Shown: positions 27,229 to 40,300 of the stretch, in pieces
Position numbering within the stretch: the first letter of the stretch is position 1
Layout: every line of letters starts with the position of its first letter
Assembly (NCBI GenBank): GCA_964016885.1
Contig: OZ024751.1
Span: 46,314,001-46,378,000 of the forward strand
DNA: 64,000 nt
Origin: Eledone cirrhosa
Taxonomy: Eukaryota
Reading direction: 5' to 3'
The notes under the pieces: model-generated
What the model saw: the letters and a program-made list of their open reading frames with translations, nothing else
The model's database searches: none
Told to the model about the DNA's origin: nothing
Translations under genes and position numbers: made by a program

Positions 27229-27490
27229 ATGTTCAGCTTTGTCATGGCAGAAGAGGCCAGACCCAGTCTTGTCATGATCTCCTTTTGAGATCTGCCATCC
27301 TTAATCAGAGTGGATCCTAGTTGAAGGTGTCAACACCTTTTCTTCATTCCTTTAACATGATGTTGGTTGCTGTATGGCGTCGGTGATTATAAACTAGAAT
27401 CTTGCTCTTTTCTGAGTTGATCTTCATTCCATATGCAGCTGGTACATTTCCAGACTGGTGGTGAGCTCCTCGAGTTCTGCTCCACTACTT
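27225..27490 (-). pseudogene. Degraded RTE-type reverse transcriptase fragment
   Basis: ELEELTTSLE..AYGMKINSEKSKIL..LGSTLIKDGRSQKEIMTRLGLASSAMTKL, with frameshifts. Confidence 0.7.
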
Positions 27491-27541
27491 ACTTAACAGG
27501 TCAATATCACCAGCCGATGTTATTACTGAAAATAGATGAAA

Positions 27542-27890
27542 CTAGCAGAATGGCCCGGCGTTGCTCGGGATTTGCTCTAGAGGTTCTTATATATTTGATA
27601 TATATTTATCCTTATCGAACCTCGTGAAATAAATACGTTTGTTTATATTTTGTTATTGTGCATGCAAAAATATCTCTACACGAATATATAATTATATATA
27701 TATATATATAACAGTACAGAAAAATACGGAATACCTCGGCCCCGGGATGGTGTCTACATTTTGTGCTTATGAAAAAAATTCGTCGTAGAACACCAGGGTT
27801 TTTTTCCGTGCGAAGAAAATCACTACTTTATCGCGAAATAAATACTTTTGTTTATATTTTGTTATTGTGTATGCAAAAATATCTGTACAC

Positions 27891-27931
<41 letters not shown>

Positions 27932-28352
27932 TAACAGATTAAAGTTTAAGCAAAGAATCACTGCTTTCACCCTTAACGGGATCTTCTGAAACTAAAAAAA
28001 TCGATCTGTGAACGCAGAAGTAAATATTTCGAAAAACGTTACACGCTATATATACACACACACTATATATACATATATACACACACGCACACACACACCG
28101 CGTCATAATGACGTAATGCAGACAGTCAGGCATACAGACAGATATTATAAGGGCACAACGTTATATCTATGTATCTATCTAAAAAGAGAAAGACTAAGAA
28201 TTATAGAGAGAGATCGGTAAATCACCTAATGCGGTCCCTAGGGCATTGGAAATTTGAAATATTTTTTTCTCAAAACACTCACAGGACCATAAATATTACA
28301 CGTGTAAAGTTTGAAAACAATCGGTTGGGTGGTTCTCGACTTTTAGTGATCG

Positions 28353-28388
<36 letters not shown>

Positions 28389-28410
28389 TTCTCTGTTTTA
28401 GATATATAGA
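27542..28410 (-). mobile_element. Non-autonomous Helitron with (CTGT)n near the 5' end
   Basis: Minus strand starts TCTATATATC, then (TGTC)n; ends CCCGAGCAACGCCGGG hairpin + CTAG|T; internal ~210-bp-spaced duplication (27623/27833). Confidence 0.7.
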
Positions 28411-28669
28411 CTAGCAGAAAACCACCCGGTGGGCGGTTTTCTGCTAGCAAATCTAGTATATATACTGATATTGTTGAGATTTGGATGAGAAATGTTTTCG
28501 GCACCACATGTTCACCGTCTCTCGGTGTGTCTTTTATGCATGTATAAATATATATGTTATCTATACGGTGAAATCTTTGAAATAAATATATGTTAAAACG
28601 AAAAAGGAGAAAATAAATAACTGGCGGTTAGAAAAAAATATTCCTATGAAATTTTAATCATACCATATC

Positions 28670-28757
28670 GGTGGTGTTGGTAGTGGGGTGGTGATTGTGG
28701 TGGTGGTAGTTGTGTTGGTAGCGGTGATGGCGGTGGTGGTTGTGGAGGTAGTAATAG

Positions 28758-28820
<63 letters not shown>

Positions 28821-28832
28821 TAGTAGTAGTAA
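28670..28832. repeat. (GTG)n-(GCA)n-(GTA)n compound microsatellite
   Basis: Direct reading. Confidence 0.9.
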
Positions 28833-29024
28833 TATATCATTGTGGTGGTTTAATTCGAGGCAGTAGAGTTTCTAGATTCGTGTATGTGTTTATTATCTAT
28901 ATAATTCAGGGGACTATTCTAATGTATTTCAACCTGCACGAGTTCAAAATAAATGGACTTCCGTCGCTTTCGATGGCGACTTTTCCAGTTATTCGAGCTT
29001 CTTTGCCTGTTATACTTCTCGGGA

Positions 29025-29320
29025 TTAATAAAATATAGTACCAGTCATGTATTAGGATCAATTTAACCGAAATTCCTCTACCCACCAAAATTGCTGACCT
29101 TGTGCCTAAATTAAAAACCATTATTGGCAGTATCGATAGAGCGTCGGACAAAATGCTTCGCAACATAGAGATCAGGCCCTTTTCGTTCTGAGTTCAAATT
29201 CCGCTGAGGTTAACTTTACCTTTCATCCTTACGAGGTCAATAAAATAAAACACCAGTAATACATTGGGTCGATTTAATCGACTTTACTTTCCGCCCAAAA
29301 TTGCTGGCCTTGTGCCTATA
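29025..29320 (+). mobile_element. SINE tail plus SINE copy in tandem
   Basis: Consensus match. Confidence 0.8.
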
Positions 29321-30909
29321 GAGCAGAAATCATCAGCATCTTGGGATGCTGGTTGCACGAATCGCCATGACTATCCTTCCTCATCCAAATCTGTCGTCCA
29401 TTGTTCATGGAATATCGTCCGGATTGCACTCAGCCTCGGCATTCTCTAATAGCTGTTTGATGTGGGTTTTGTGAGGTCCGCCTACGTTGGGATTTGGGAT
29501 ATCCATGCGGTCGTGTCCACTCTAAGCAACCTATAGAGGCCTAGTGGTGGTAGAGAGGAGTGACGACGTTCTTGAGAAGTTCCTGAGGGGCATCGATGAA
29601 AACGAACTGTCCGGTCTTTTTGGTCGAAGATTACATTGGATAACTTTTAGAAATCTTTGGTCTAGCAGCAGGGCCATATTTAGATATTGGGTGTCCCGGG
29701 GTAGTTCAGGTAGGTCGGGGCATGTTTGTTCCCAAAAGGGGGCTCTGTTTGACAAGGGAAGCCCAAGGCATTTGCACCCCCCTTCCAATATGTCCGGCTC
29801 TGGCTGGCAGTGCTGTCTCCAGGTACCAAGATGTGCATCGAGCAACAGAACATTCTACATTCAATCATTCAGTTCCCCGATGTTACCGACCATTGGAGTT
29901 ATGTCGAATGGCAACTTCACATGCAGAACGACGGATCACGCTATCCGCCGTGTCTAACGTGAGGGGCCACCTGGCCACCATCCTTTAACAGGGAAGGCCA
30001 CGGAGAAAGTCGTCATATGGTCGACAAGATTGAAAGAACTGACGACCGACACTCTTCTCTTTGGTCACAGAAAGAAAAGAGTGATTTCTTTGAAAGGTGA
30101 ATGACATTTAAAAGACAAAAATAGCAGGAATTAGTGGTTCGTCTATGAATATTAGCCTGTAGGTCAATGGACAATAATCGGGAGAGGACATTTATCTTCA
30201 TGTACCCTCATGTACGCATCAAACCCTTTCACTTGTTTAGAAATTAAGGAGTACCTCTAAACACCTTTTTTTCTCTGTTAGCACTGCAACTTGTGAGTCT
30301 GATCTATCACATACACCACACACGACACACACATATCGGTTGCTTGGGAACAACAGCAGAATTTCTTTTTATATACTTGCATGAATGATCTTGTAACTCC
30401 TGTTGGAGTCGTAGGGCCACCGTATTTACATACAACGCTTCTAGGGCATCTTTTAAAACCTGGCGGAGCCCATCTCGCGAAGTCTGTATACAGCAGATTT
30501 CTTCTAGAGAAGGATAGAGAGAGTGAGAGAATGGAAGTGAGAAAGAGATATTAGAGGAAGAATCGACCTCAGTAGTTGACTGGTACTTTTTTTATTTGAA
30601 TGAACGAAAGGCAAAGTTGACCTCGATGGGATTTGAACTGAGAGCAGAGAGTGGAAACGAAGACGGCAAACGACTCGGCGTATTCACCACCTTCTATATA
30701 TACTTACATTTTACTTATTTCAGTCATTAGACAGTGGCCATGCTGGGGCACTGTCTTGAATGAATCTAATCAATCATATCGACCCCAGCACTTCTTTATT
30801 TTTCAAGTATATTATTTATTTTATCGATCCTTTCTTGTCTTGCAACTAAGTTACGCAGCATTAACAAGCAGTAAACGTAAGCACAAGCAGACACCCATAT
30901 TTAGGTATA

Positions 30910-30957
30910 AACACTTCACAAACATCAATCCCTAGGGATTGATGTTTGTGAAGTGTT
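30910..30957. repeat. Perfect 48-bp palindrome
   Basis: aacacttcacaaacatcaatccct|agggattgatgtttgtgaagtgtt. Confidence 0.9.
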
Positions 30958-31102
30958 CTTTTGAGTACTTTACTGGCATCTTCCCTTCAGTAATTTTGTA
31001 TAAGATACTGTCTTTGTATCTGAATGAGATCTTTTTAACGATCTCTTTTCATTGAGATGTCATGAATATTCATGACAATTTTAATCATGTATACTAATAA
31101 TA

Positions 31103-31280
31103 TAATTGTTTCTACTTTAGGCACAAGGCCAGCAATTACTCAGTTCATTACTGGTACTTTATTTTATCGACCCCGTAAGGCAAAGTCAACCTCGGCGGGA
31201 TTTGAACTCAGATCGTAAAGGGACGTAACTATGCTGGAAAGCATGGCGTCCGACCCTCTACCGATACTGCCAATCCACCG
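31103..31280 (-). mobile_element. SINE copy
   Basis: Consensus match with a small internal deletion. Confidence 0.85.
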
Positions 31281-31347
31281 CCCTTGTATACTAATAATAT
31301 AATACTAATAATATATATATCTATCTCTCTCTCTCTATATATATATA

Positions 31348-31702
31348 CAGTTGTCCCCCGGTATTCGCGGGTGTTACGTTTCTAGAGCACCCGCGAAGAG
31401 TGAAAAACCGCGAATATTGAACGTGGTACATGAAAATGCATATAAACGTCAAAATTACGTTAGTAAAATATAATAAAAAAAGAGGGACCGTCATATGCGA
31501 AGGGGCGTCGGATAGGCCGGCAAATACGGTATATTGTTATTAACAATTTAGCGTTAAAAAAATATATATTGCCACGAAAAAAGCCATTAAATAATCGCGG
31601 AAGTTATTTACGATTCCGCGAATATGCGGTGGTTTCCACCAACAATTATTAGTTAGGTTCTAAGGAAAAATCCGCAAAAGCCGGGACCGCGAAAATACTC
31701 TG
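31348..31702. mobile_element. Tc1/mariner-pogo (Tigger-like) MITE
   Basis: TA|CAGTTGTCCCCCGGTATTCGCGG ... CCGCGAAAATACTCTG|TA; repeated CCGCGAA subterminal motifs; right TIR imperfect. Confidence 0.6.
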
Positions 31703-31749
31703 TATATATTTATATATATATATGCAACAAGTAAACCGAAATAATTGTA

Positions 31750-33935
31750 TGGTCGTGTGGTGTTATGAGTGAGGCGAGACTGGATGGTATGGTGGTGTTG
31801 TGAGAGAGACCAAATTGGATGGTATGGTGGTGTTGTGAGAGAGACCAAATTGGATGGTATGGTGGTGTTGTGAGAGAGACCAAATTGGATGGTATGGTGG
31901 TGTTGTGAGAGAGACCAAATTGGATGGTATGGTGGTGTTGTGAGAGAGTCTAGACTGGATACTATGGTGGTGTTGTGAGAGAGACCAAATTGGATGGTAT
32001 GGTGGTGTTGTGAGAAAGTCTACACTGGATGGTATGGTGGTGTTGTGAGAAAGTCTACACTGGATGGTATGGTGGTGTTGTGAGAAAGTCTACACTGGAT
32101 GGTATGGTGGTGTTGTGAGAGAGACTACACTGAATGGTATGGTGGTGTTGTGAGAGAGACTACACTGAATGGTATGGTGGTGTTGTGAGAGACTACACTG
32201 AATGGTATGGTGGTGTTGTGAGAAAGTCTACACTGGATGGTATGGTGGTGTTGTGAGAGAGTCTAGACTGGATACTATGGTGGGGTTGTGAGAGAGACCA
32301 AATTGGATGGTATGGTGGTGTTGTGAGAGAGTCTAGACTGGATACTATGGTGGTGTTGTGAGAGAGACCAAATTGGATGGTATGGTGGTGTTGTGAGAAA
32401 GTCTACACTGGATGGTATGGTGGTGTTGTGAGAAAGTCTACACTGGATGGTATGGTGGTGTTGTGAGAAAGTCTACACTGGATGGTATGGTGGTGTTGTG
32501 AGAAAGTCTACACTGGATGGTATGGTGGTGTTGTGAGAGAGACTACACTGAATGGTATGGTGGTGTTGTGAGAGAGACTACACTGAATGGTATGGTGGTG
32601 TTGTGAGAGAGACTACACTGAATGGTATGGTGGTGTTGTGAGAAAGTCTACACTGGATGGTATGGTGGTGTTGTGAGAGAGTCTAGACTGGATACTATGG
32701 TGGGGTTGTGAGAGAGACCAAATTGGATGGTATGGTGGTGTTGTGAGAGAGACCAAATTGGATGGTATGGTGGTGTTGTGAGAGAGTCTAGACTGGATAC
32801 TATGGTGGTGTTGTGAGAGAGACCAAATTGGATGGTATGGTGGTGTTGTGAGAAAGTCTACACTGGATGGTATGGTGGTGTTGTGAGAAAGTCTACACTG
32901 GATGGTATGGTGGTGTTGTGAGAAAGTCTACACTGGATGGTATGGTGGTGTTGTGAGAGAGACTACACTGAATGGTATGGTGGTGTTGTGAGAGAGTCTA
33001 GACTGGATACTATGGTGGTGTTGTGAGAGAGACCAAATTGGATGGTATGGTGGTGTTGTGAGAAAGTCTACACTGGATGGTATGGTGGTGTTGTGAGAAA
33101 GTCTACACTGGATGGTATGGTGGTGTTGTGAGAAAGTCTACACTGGATGGTATGGTGGTGTTGTGAGAAAGTCTACACTGAATGGTATGGTGGTGTTGTG
33201 AGAGAGACTACACTGAATGGTATGGTGGTGTTGTGAGAGAGACTACACTGAATGGTATGGTGGTGTTGTGAGAAAGTCTACACTGGATGGTATGGTGGTG
33301 TTGTGAGAGAGTCTAGACTGGATACTATGGTGGGGTTGTGAGAGAGACCAAATTGGATGGTATGGTGGTGTTGTGAGAAAGTCTACACTGGATGGTATAG
33401 TGGTGTTGTGAGAGAGACTAGACTGGATGGGTATGATATGGTGGTGTTGTGAGAAAGTCTTGATTGGATGGGTTTGCTATGGTGGTGTTGTGAGAAAGTC
33501 TACACTGGATGGTATGGTGGTGTTGTGAGAAAGTCTACACTGGATGGGTATGATATGGTGGTGTTGTGAGAGAGACTAGACTGGATGATATGTGGTGGTG
33601 TTGTGAGAGAGTCTACACTGGATGGGTATGATATGGTGGTGTTGTGAGAGAGACTACACTGAATGATATGGTGGTGTTGTGAGAGAGTCTACACTGGATG
33701 GGTGTGATATGGTGGTGTTGTGAGAGAGACTACACTGAATGATATGGTGGTGTTGTGAGAGAGACTACACTGAATGATATGGTGGTGTTGTGAGGGAGAC
33801 TAGACTGGATGATATGGTGGTGTTGTGAGAGAGACTACACTGAATGATATGGTGGTGTTGTGAGAGAGACTACACTGAATGTTATGGTGGTGTTGTGAGA
33901 GAGATGTCAGCGAATGGTATGGTGTTGTTGTGAGA
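31750..33935 (+). repeat. ~35-bp minisatellite, ~60 units
   Basis: Constant TATGGTGGTGTTGTGAGA with variable segments GAGACCAAATTGGATGG, AAGTCTACACTGGATGG, GAGACTACACTGAATGG, GAGTCTAGACTGGATAC. Confidence 0.95.
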
Positions 33936-33995
33936 GCATGTTATCAGCAACTATTGATATAAACCACTTTAATGTGTTATTTGAAATTATTTCAG

Positions 33996-34164
33996 AAAAC
34001 CGCTCACAATGCAGATTATTCCACCATCCCAGGAATTTCCAAACCAACATTTAACCGTTGCCGGTCTTGCTTCAATTTTCATTGGACTCTTTACTTTTAT
34101 ATATTCCTGTATCGATGTTAACTTGACGGACAAATTCATCGGTACTTTGATCTGCTGTTTAGTT
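33996..34164 (+). CDS. Candidate internal exon encoding two hydrophobic segments
   Basis: ttatttcAG acceptor at 33995, GTAAGT donor at 34165; open frame KPLTMQIIPPSQEFPNQHLTVAGLASIFIGLFTFIYSCIDVNLTDKFIGTLICCLV. Confidence 0.45.
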
Positions 34165-34177
34165 GTAAGTATGTTCC

Positions 34178-34179
<2 letters not shown>

Positions 34180-34232
<53 letters not shown>

Positions 34233-34292
34233 TCCCTCTCTCTCTCTCACCCCCTCTCTATCTCTCTCTCACTCTCTCCCCCTCTCTCTCAC
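34180..34292. repeat. (CT)n microsatellite
   Basis: Direct reading. Confidence 0.95.
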
Positions 34293-34344
34293 TTTCACCC
34301 TCTGTAAATCTTTGTTACACTCCACTCTTGCTTTTAACTCCTCC

Positions 34345-37300
34345 AGGACATGTTGTATGGCGGTGTAGTGTAGTATTGAGGACTTGAGGACATGTTGTGT
34401 AGCGTTGTAGTGAGGATATGTGTGGTGGTGTAGTGTGGAGGTGAGGATATGTGTTATGATGTAGCGTGGTGTTGTAGTGAGGTAGCGAGGACATGTATGG
34501 CATAGTATAGTGTGGTATGAGGACATGTTATGTGGTGTAGTATAGTGTGGTAGTGAGATAGTGTAGTGTGGTAGTGAGGACATGTTGTGTGGTAGTGAGA
34601 TAGTGTAGAGTGGTAGTGAGGACATGTTGTGTGGTAGTGAGATAGTGTAGTGTGGTAGTGAGATAGTGTAGTGTGGTAGTGAGGACATGTTGTGTGGTAG
34701 TGAGATAGTGTAGTGTGGTAGTGAGATAGTGTAGAGTGGTAGTGAGGACATGTTGTGTGGTAGTGAGATAGTGTAGTGTGGTAGTGAGATAGTGTAGTGT
34801 GGTAGTGAGGACATGTTGTGTGGTAGTGAGATAGTGTAGTGTGGTAATGAGATAGTGTAGTGTGGTAGTGAGGACATGTTGTGTGGTAGTGAGATAGTGT
34901 AGAGTGGTAGTGAGATAGTGCAGTGTGGTAGTGAGATAGTGTAGTGTGGTAGTGAGGACATGTTGTGTGGTAGTGAGATAGTGTAGAGTGGTAATGAGAT
35001 AGTGTAGAGTGGTAGTGAGATAGTGTAGTGTGGTAGTGAGATAGTGTAGAGTGGTAGTGAGGACATGTTGTGTGGTAGTGAGATAGTGTAGAGTGATAGT
35101 GAGATAGTGTAGAGTGGTAGTGAGATAGTGTAGTGTGGTAGTGAGATAGTGTAGTGTGGTAGTGAGGACATGTTGTGTGGTAGTGAGATAGTGTAGAGTG
35201 GTAGTGAGATAGTGTAGAGTGGTAGTGAGATAGTGTAGTGTGGTAGTGAGATAGTGTAGAGTGGTAGTGAGATAGTGTAGTGTGGTAGTGAGGACATGTT
35301 GTGTGGTAGTGAGATAGTGTCGTGTGGTAGTGAGATAGTGTAGAGTGGTAGTGAGATAGTGTAGTGTGGTAGTGAGGACATGTTGTGTGGTAGTGAGATA
35401 GTGTAGAGTGGTAGTGAGATAGTGTAGTGTGGTAGTGAGATAGTGTAGTGTGGTAGTGAGGACATGTTGTGTGGTAGTGAGATAGTGTCGTGTGGTAGTG
35501 AGATAGTGTAGTGTGGTAGTGAGATAGTGTAGTGTGGTAGTGAGGACATGTTGTGTGGTAGTGAGATAGTGTAGAGTGGTAGTGAGATAGTGTAGTGTGG
35601 TAGTGAGATAGTGTAGTGTGGTAGTGAGGACATGTTGTGTGGTAGTGAGATAGTGTAGTGTGGTAGTGAGATAGTGTAGTGTGGTAGTGAGGACATGTTG
35701 TGTGGTAGTGAGATAGTGTCGTGTGGTAGTGAGATAGTGTAGTGTGGTAGTGAGGACATGTTGTGTGGTAGTGAGATAGTGTAGTGGTAGTGAGATAGTG
35801 TAGTGTGGTAGTGAGATAGTGTAGTGTGGTAGTGAGGACATGTTGTGTGGTAGTGAGATAGTGTAGAGTGGTAATGAGATAGTGTAGTGTGGTAGTGAGG
35901 ACATGTTGTGTGGTAGTGAGATAGTGTAGAGTGGTAATGAGATAGTGTAGAGTGGTAGTGAGATAGTGTAGTGTGGTAGTGAGGACATGTTGTGTGGTAG
36001 TGAGATAGTGTAGTGTGGTAGTGAGGACATGTTGTGTGGTAGTGAGATAGTGTAGTGTGGTAGTGAGATAGTGTAGTGTGGTAGTGAGATAGTGTAGTGT
36101 GGTAGTGAGGACATGTTGTGTGGTAGTGAGATAGTGTAGTGTGGTAGTGAGATAGTGTAGTGTGGTAGTGAGATAGTGTAGAGTGGTAGTGAGATAGTGT
36201 AGTGTGGTAGTGAGATAGTGTAGAGTGGTAGTGAGGACATGTTGTGTGGTAGTGAGATAGTGTAGTGTGGTAGTGAGATAGTGTAGTGTGGTAGTGAGAT
36301 AGTGTAGTGTGGTAGTGAGATAGTGTAGAGTGGTAGTGAGGACATGTTGTGTGGTAGTGAGATAGTGTAGTGTGGTAGTGAGATAGTGTAGTGTGGTAGT
36401 GAGATAGTGTAGTGTGGTAGTGAGATAGTGTAGTGTGGTAGTGAGATAGTGTAGTGTGGTAGTGAGATAGTGTAGTGTGGTAGTGAGATAGTGTAGTGTG
36501 GTAGTGAGGACATGTTGTGTGGTAGTGAGATAGTGTAGTGTGGTAGTGAGATAGTGTAGAGTGGTAGTGAGATAGTGTAGTGTGGTAGTGAGGACATGTT
36601 GTGTGGTAGTGAGATAGTGTAGTGTGGTAGTGAGGACATGTTGTGTGGTAGTGAGATAGTGTAGTGTGGTAGTGAGATAGTGTAGTGTGGTAGTGAGATA
36701 GTGTAGTGTGGTAGTGAGGACATGTTGTGTGGTAGTGAGATAGTGTAGTGTGGTAGTGAGATAGTGTAGTGTGGTAGTGAGATAGTGTAGAGTGGTAGTG
36801 AGATAGTGTAGTGTGGTAGTGAGGACATGTTGTGTGGTAGTGAGATAGTGTAGTGTGGTAGTGAGATAGTGTAGAGTGGTAGTGAGATAGTGTAGTGTGG
36901 TAGTGAGATAGTGTAGTGTGGTAGTGAGATAGTGTAGTGTGGTAGTGAGATAGTGTAGTGTGGTAGTGAGGACATGTGTGGTAGTGAGATAGTGTAGAAT
37001 GGTAGTGAGATAGTGTTGTGTGGTAGTGAGGACATGTTGTGTGGTAGTGAGATAGTGTAGTGTGGTAGTGAGATAGTGTAGTGTGGTAGTGAGGACATGT
37101 TGTGTGGTAGTGAGATAGTGTAGAGTGGTAGTGAGATAGTGTAGTGTGGTAGTGAGGACATGTTGTGTGGTAGTGAGATAGTGTCGTGTGGTAGTGAGAT
37201 AGTGTAGTGTGGTAGTGAGGACATGTTGTGTGGTAGTGAGATAGTGTAGAGTGGTAGTGAGATAGTGTAGTGTGGTAGTAAGGACATGTTGTGTGGTAGT

Positions 37301-40300
37301 GAGATAGTGTCGTGTGGTAGTGAGGACATGTTGTGTGGTAGTGAGATAGTGTCGTGTGGTAGTGAGATAGTGTAGTGTGGTAGTGAGGACATGTTGTGTG
37401 GTAGTGAGATAGTGTAGTGTGGTAGTGAGGACATGTTGTGTGGTAGTGAGATAGTGTCGTGTGGTAATGAGATAGTGTAGCGTGGTAGTGAGGACATGTT
37501 GTGTGGTAGTGAGATAGTGTAGAGTGGTAGTGAGATAGTGTAGTGTGGTAGTGAGGACATGTTGTGTGGTAGTGAGATAGTGTAGAGTGGTAGTGAGGAC
37601 ATGTTGTGTGGTAGTGAGATAGTGTAGTGTGGTAGTGAGATAGTGTAGTGTGGTAGTGAGGACATGTTGTGTGGTAGTGAGGACATGTTGTGTGGTAGTG
37701 AGGACATGTTGTGTTGTAGTGAGATAGTGTAGAGTGGTAATGAGATAGTGTAGAGTGGTAGTGAGATAGTGTAGTGTGGTAGTGAGGACATGTTGTGTGG
37801 TAGTGAGATAGTGTCGTGTGGTAATGAGATAGTGTAGCGTGGTAGTGAGGACATGTTGTGTGGTAGTGAGATAGTGTAGAGTGGTAGTGAGATAGTGTAG
37901 TGTGGTAGTGAGGACATGTTGTGTGGTAGTGAGATAGTGTAGAGTGGTAGTGAGGACATGTTGTGTGGTAGTGAGATAGTGTAGTGTGGTAGTGAGATAG
38001 TGTAGAGTGGTAGTGAGGACATGTTGTGTGGTAGTGAGGACATGTTGTGTTGTAGTGAGATAGTGTAGTGTGGTAGTGAGGACATGTTGTGTTGTAGTGA
38101 GATAGTGTCGTGTGGTAATGAGATAGTGTAGTGTGGTAGTGAGGACATGTTGTGTGGTAGTGAGATAGTGTAGTGTGGTAGTGAGATAGTGTAGTGTGGT
38201 AGTGAGGACATGTTGTGTTGTAGTGAGATAGTGTCGTGTGGTAATGAGATAGTGTAGTGTGGTAGTGAGGACATGTTGTGTGGTAGTGAGATAGTGTAGT
38301 GTGGTAGTGAGATAGTGTAGTGTGGTAGTGAGGACATGTTGTGTTGTAGTGAGATAGTGTCGTGTGGTAATGAGATAGTGTAGTGTGGTAGTGAGGACAT
38401 GTTGTGTGGTAGTGAGATAGTGTAGTGTGGTAGTGAGATAGTGTAGTGTGGTAGTGAGGACATGTTGTGTTGTAGTGAGATAGTGTCGTGTGGTAATGAG
38501 ATAGTGTAGTGTGGTAGTGAGGACATGTTGTGTGGTAGTGAGATAGTGTAGTGTGGTAGTGAGATAGTGTAGTGTGGTAGTGAGGACATGTTGTGTGGTA
38601 GTGAGATAGTGTAGTGTGGTAGTGAGGACATGTTGTGTGGTAGTGAGATAGTGTAGTGTGGTAGTGAGATAGTGTAGTGTGGTAGTGAGGACATGTTGTG
38701 TGGTAGTGAGATAGTGTAGTGTGGTAGTGAGATAGTGTAGTGTGGTAGTGAGGACATGTAGTGTGGTAGTGAGATAGTGTAGTGTGGTAGTGAGATAGTG
38801 TAGTGTGGTAGTGAGATAGTGTAGTGTGGTAGTGAGATAGTGTAGTGTGGTAGTGAGATAGTGTAGTGTGGTAGTGAGATAGTGTAGTGTGGTAGTGAGA
38901 TAGTGTAGTGTGGTAGTGAGATAGTGTAGTGTGGTAGTGAGATAGTGTCGTGTGGTAGTGAGATAGTGTAGTGTGGTAGTGAGGACATGTTGTGTGGTAG
39001 TGAGATAGTGTAGTGTGGTAGTGAGATAGTGTAGTGTGGTAGTGAGGACATGATGTGTGGTAGTGAGATAGTGTAGTGTGGTAGTGAGGACATGTTGTGT
39101 GGTAGTGAGATAGTGTCGTGTGGTAGTGAGATAGTGTAGTGTGGTAGTGAGATAGTGTAGTGTGGTAGTGAGGACATGTTGTGTAGTAGTGAGGACATGT
39201 TGTGTGGTAGTGAGATAGTGTCGTGTGGTAATGAGATAGTGTCGTGTGGTAGTGAGATAGTGTAGTGTGGTAGTGAGATAGTGTAGTGTGGTAGTGAGAT
39301 AGTGTAGTGTGGTAGTGAGATAGTGTAGAGTGGTAGTGAGATAGTGTAGTGTGGTAGTGAGATAGTGTCGTGTGGTAATGAGATAGTGTAGTGTGGTAGT
39401 GAGATAGTGTAGTGTGGTAATGAGATAGTGTAGTGTGGTAGTGAGGACATGTTGTGTGGTAGTGAGATAGAGTAGAGTGGTAGTGAGATAGTGCAGTGTG
39501 GTAGTGAGATAGTGTAGTGTGGTAGTGAGGACATGTTGTGTGGTAGTGAGATAGTGTAGAGTGGTAATGAGATAGTGTAGAGTGGTAGTGAGATAGTGTA
39601 GTGTGGTAGTGAGATAGTGTAGAGTGGTAGTGAGGACATGTTGTGTGGTAGTGAGATAGTGTAGAGTGATAGTGAGATAGTGTAGAGTGGTAGTGAGATA
39701 GTGTAGTGTGGTAGTGAGATAGTGTAGTGTGGTAGTGAGGACATGTTGTGTGGTAGTGAGATAGTGTAGAGTGGTAGTGAGATAGTGTAGAGTGGTAGTG
39801 AGATAGTGTAGTGTGGTAGTGAGATAGTGTAGAGTGGTAGTGAGATAGTGTAGTGTGGTAGTGAGGACATGTTGTGTGGTAGTGAGATAGTGTAGAGTGG
39901 TAGTGAGATAGTGTAGTGTGGTAGTGAGATAGTGTAGTGTGGTAGTGAGGACATGTTGTGTGGTAGTGAGATAGTGTAGTGTGGTAGTGAGATAGTGTAG
40001 TGTGGTAGTGAGGTAGTGAGGACATGTTGTGTGGTAGTGAGATAGTGTCGTGTGGTAGTGAGATAGTGTAGTGTGGTAGTGAGGACATGTTGTGTGGTAG
40101 TGAGATAGTGTAGTGGTAGTGAGATAGTGTAGTGTGGTAGTGAGATAGTGTAGTGTGGTAGTGAGGACATGTTGTGTGGTAGTGAGATAGTGTAGAGTGG
40201 TAATGAGATAGTGTAGTGTGGTAGTGAGGACATGTTGTGTGGTAGTGAGATAGTGTAGAGTGGTAATGAGATAGTGTAGAGTGGTAGTGAGATAGTGTAG

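Noticed and set aside
31750-33935. CRISPR array
   Set aside because: Variable segments are short and reused, there are no cas genes, and the context is eukaryotic.
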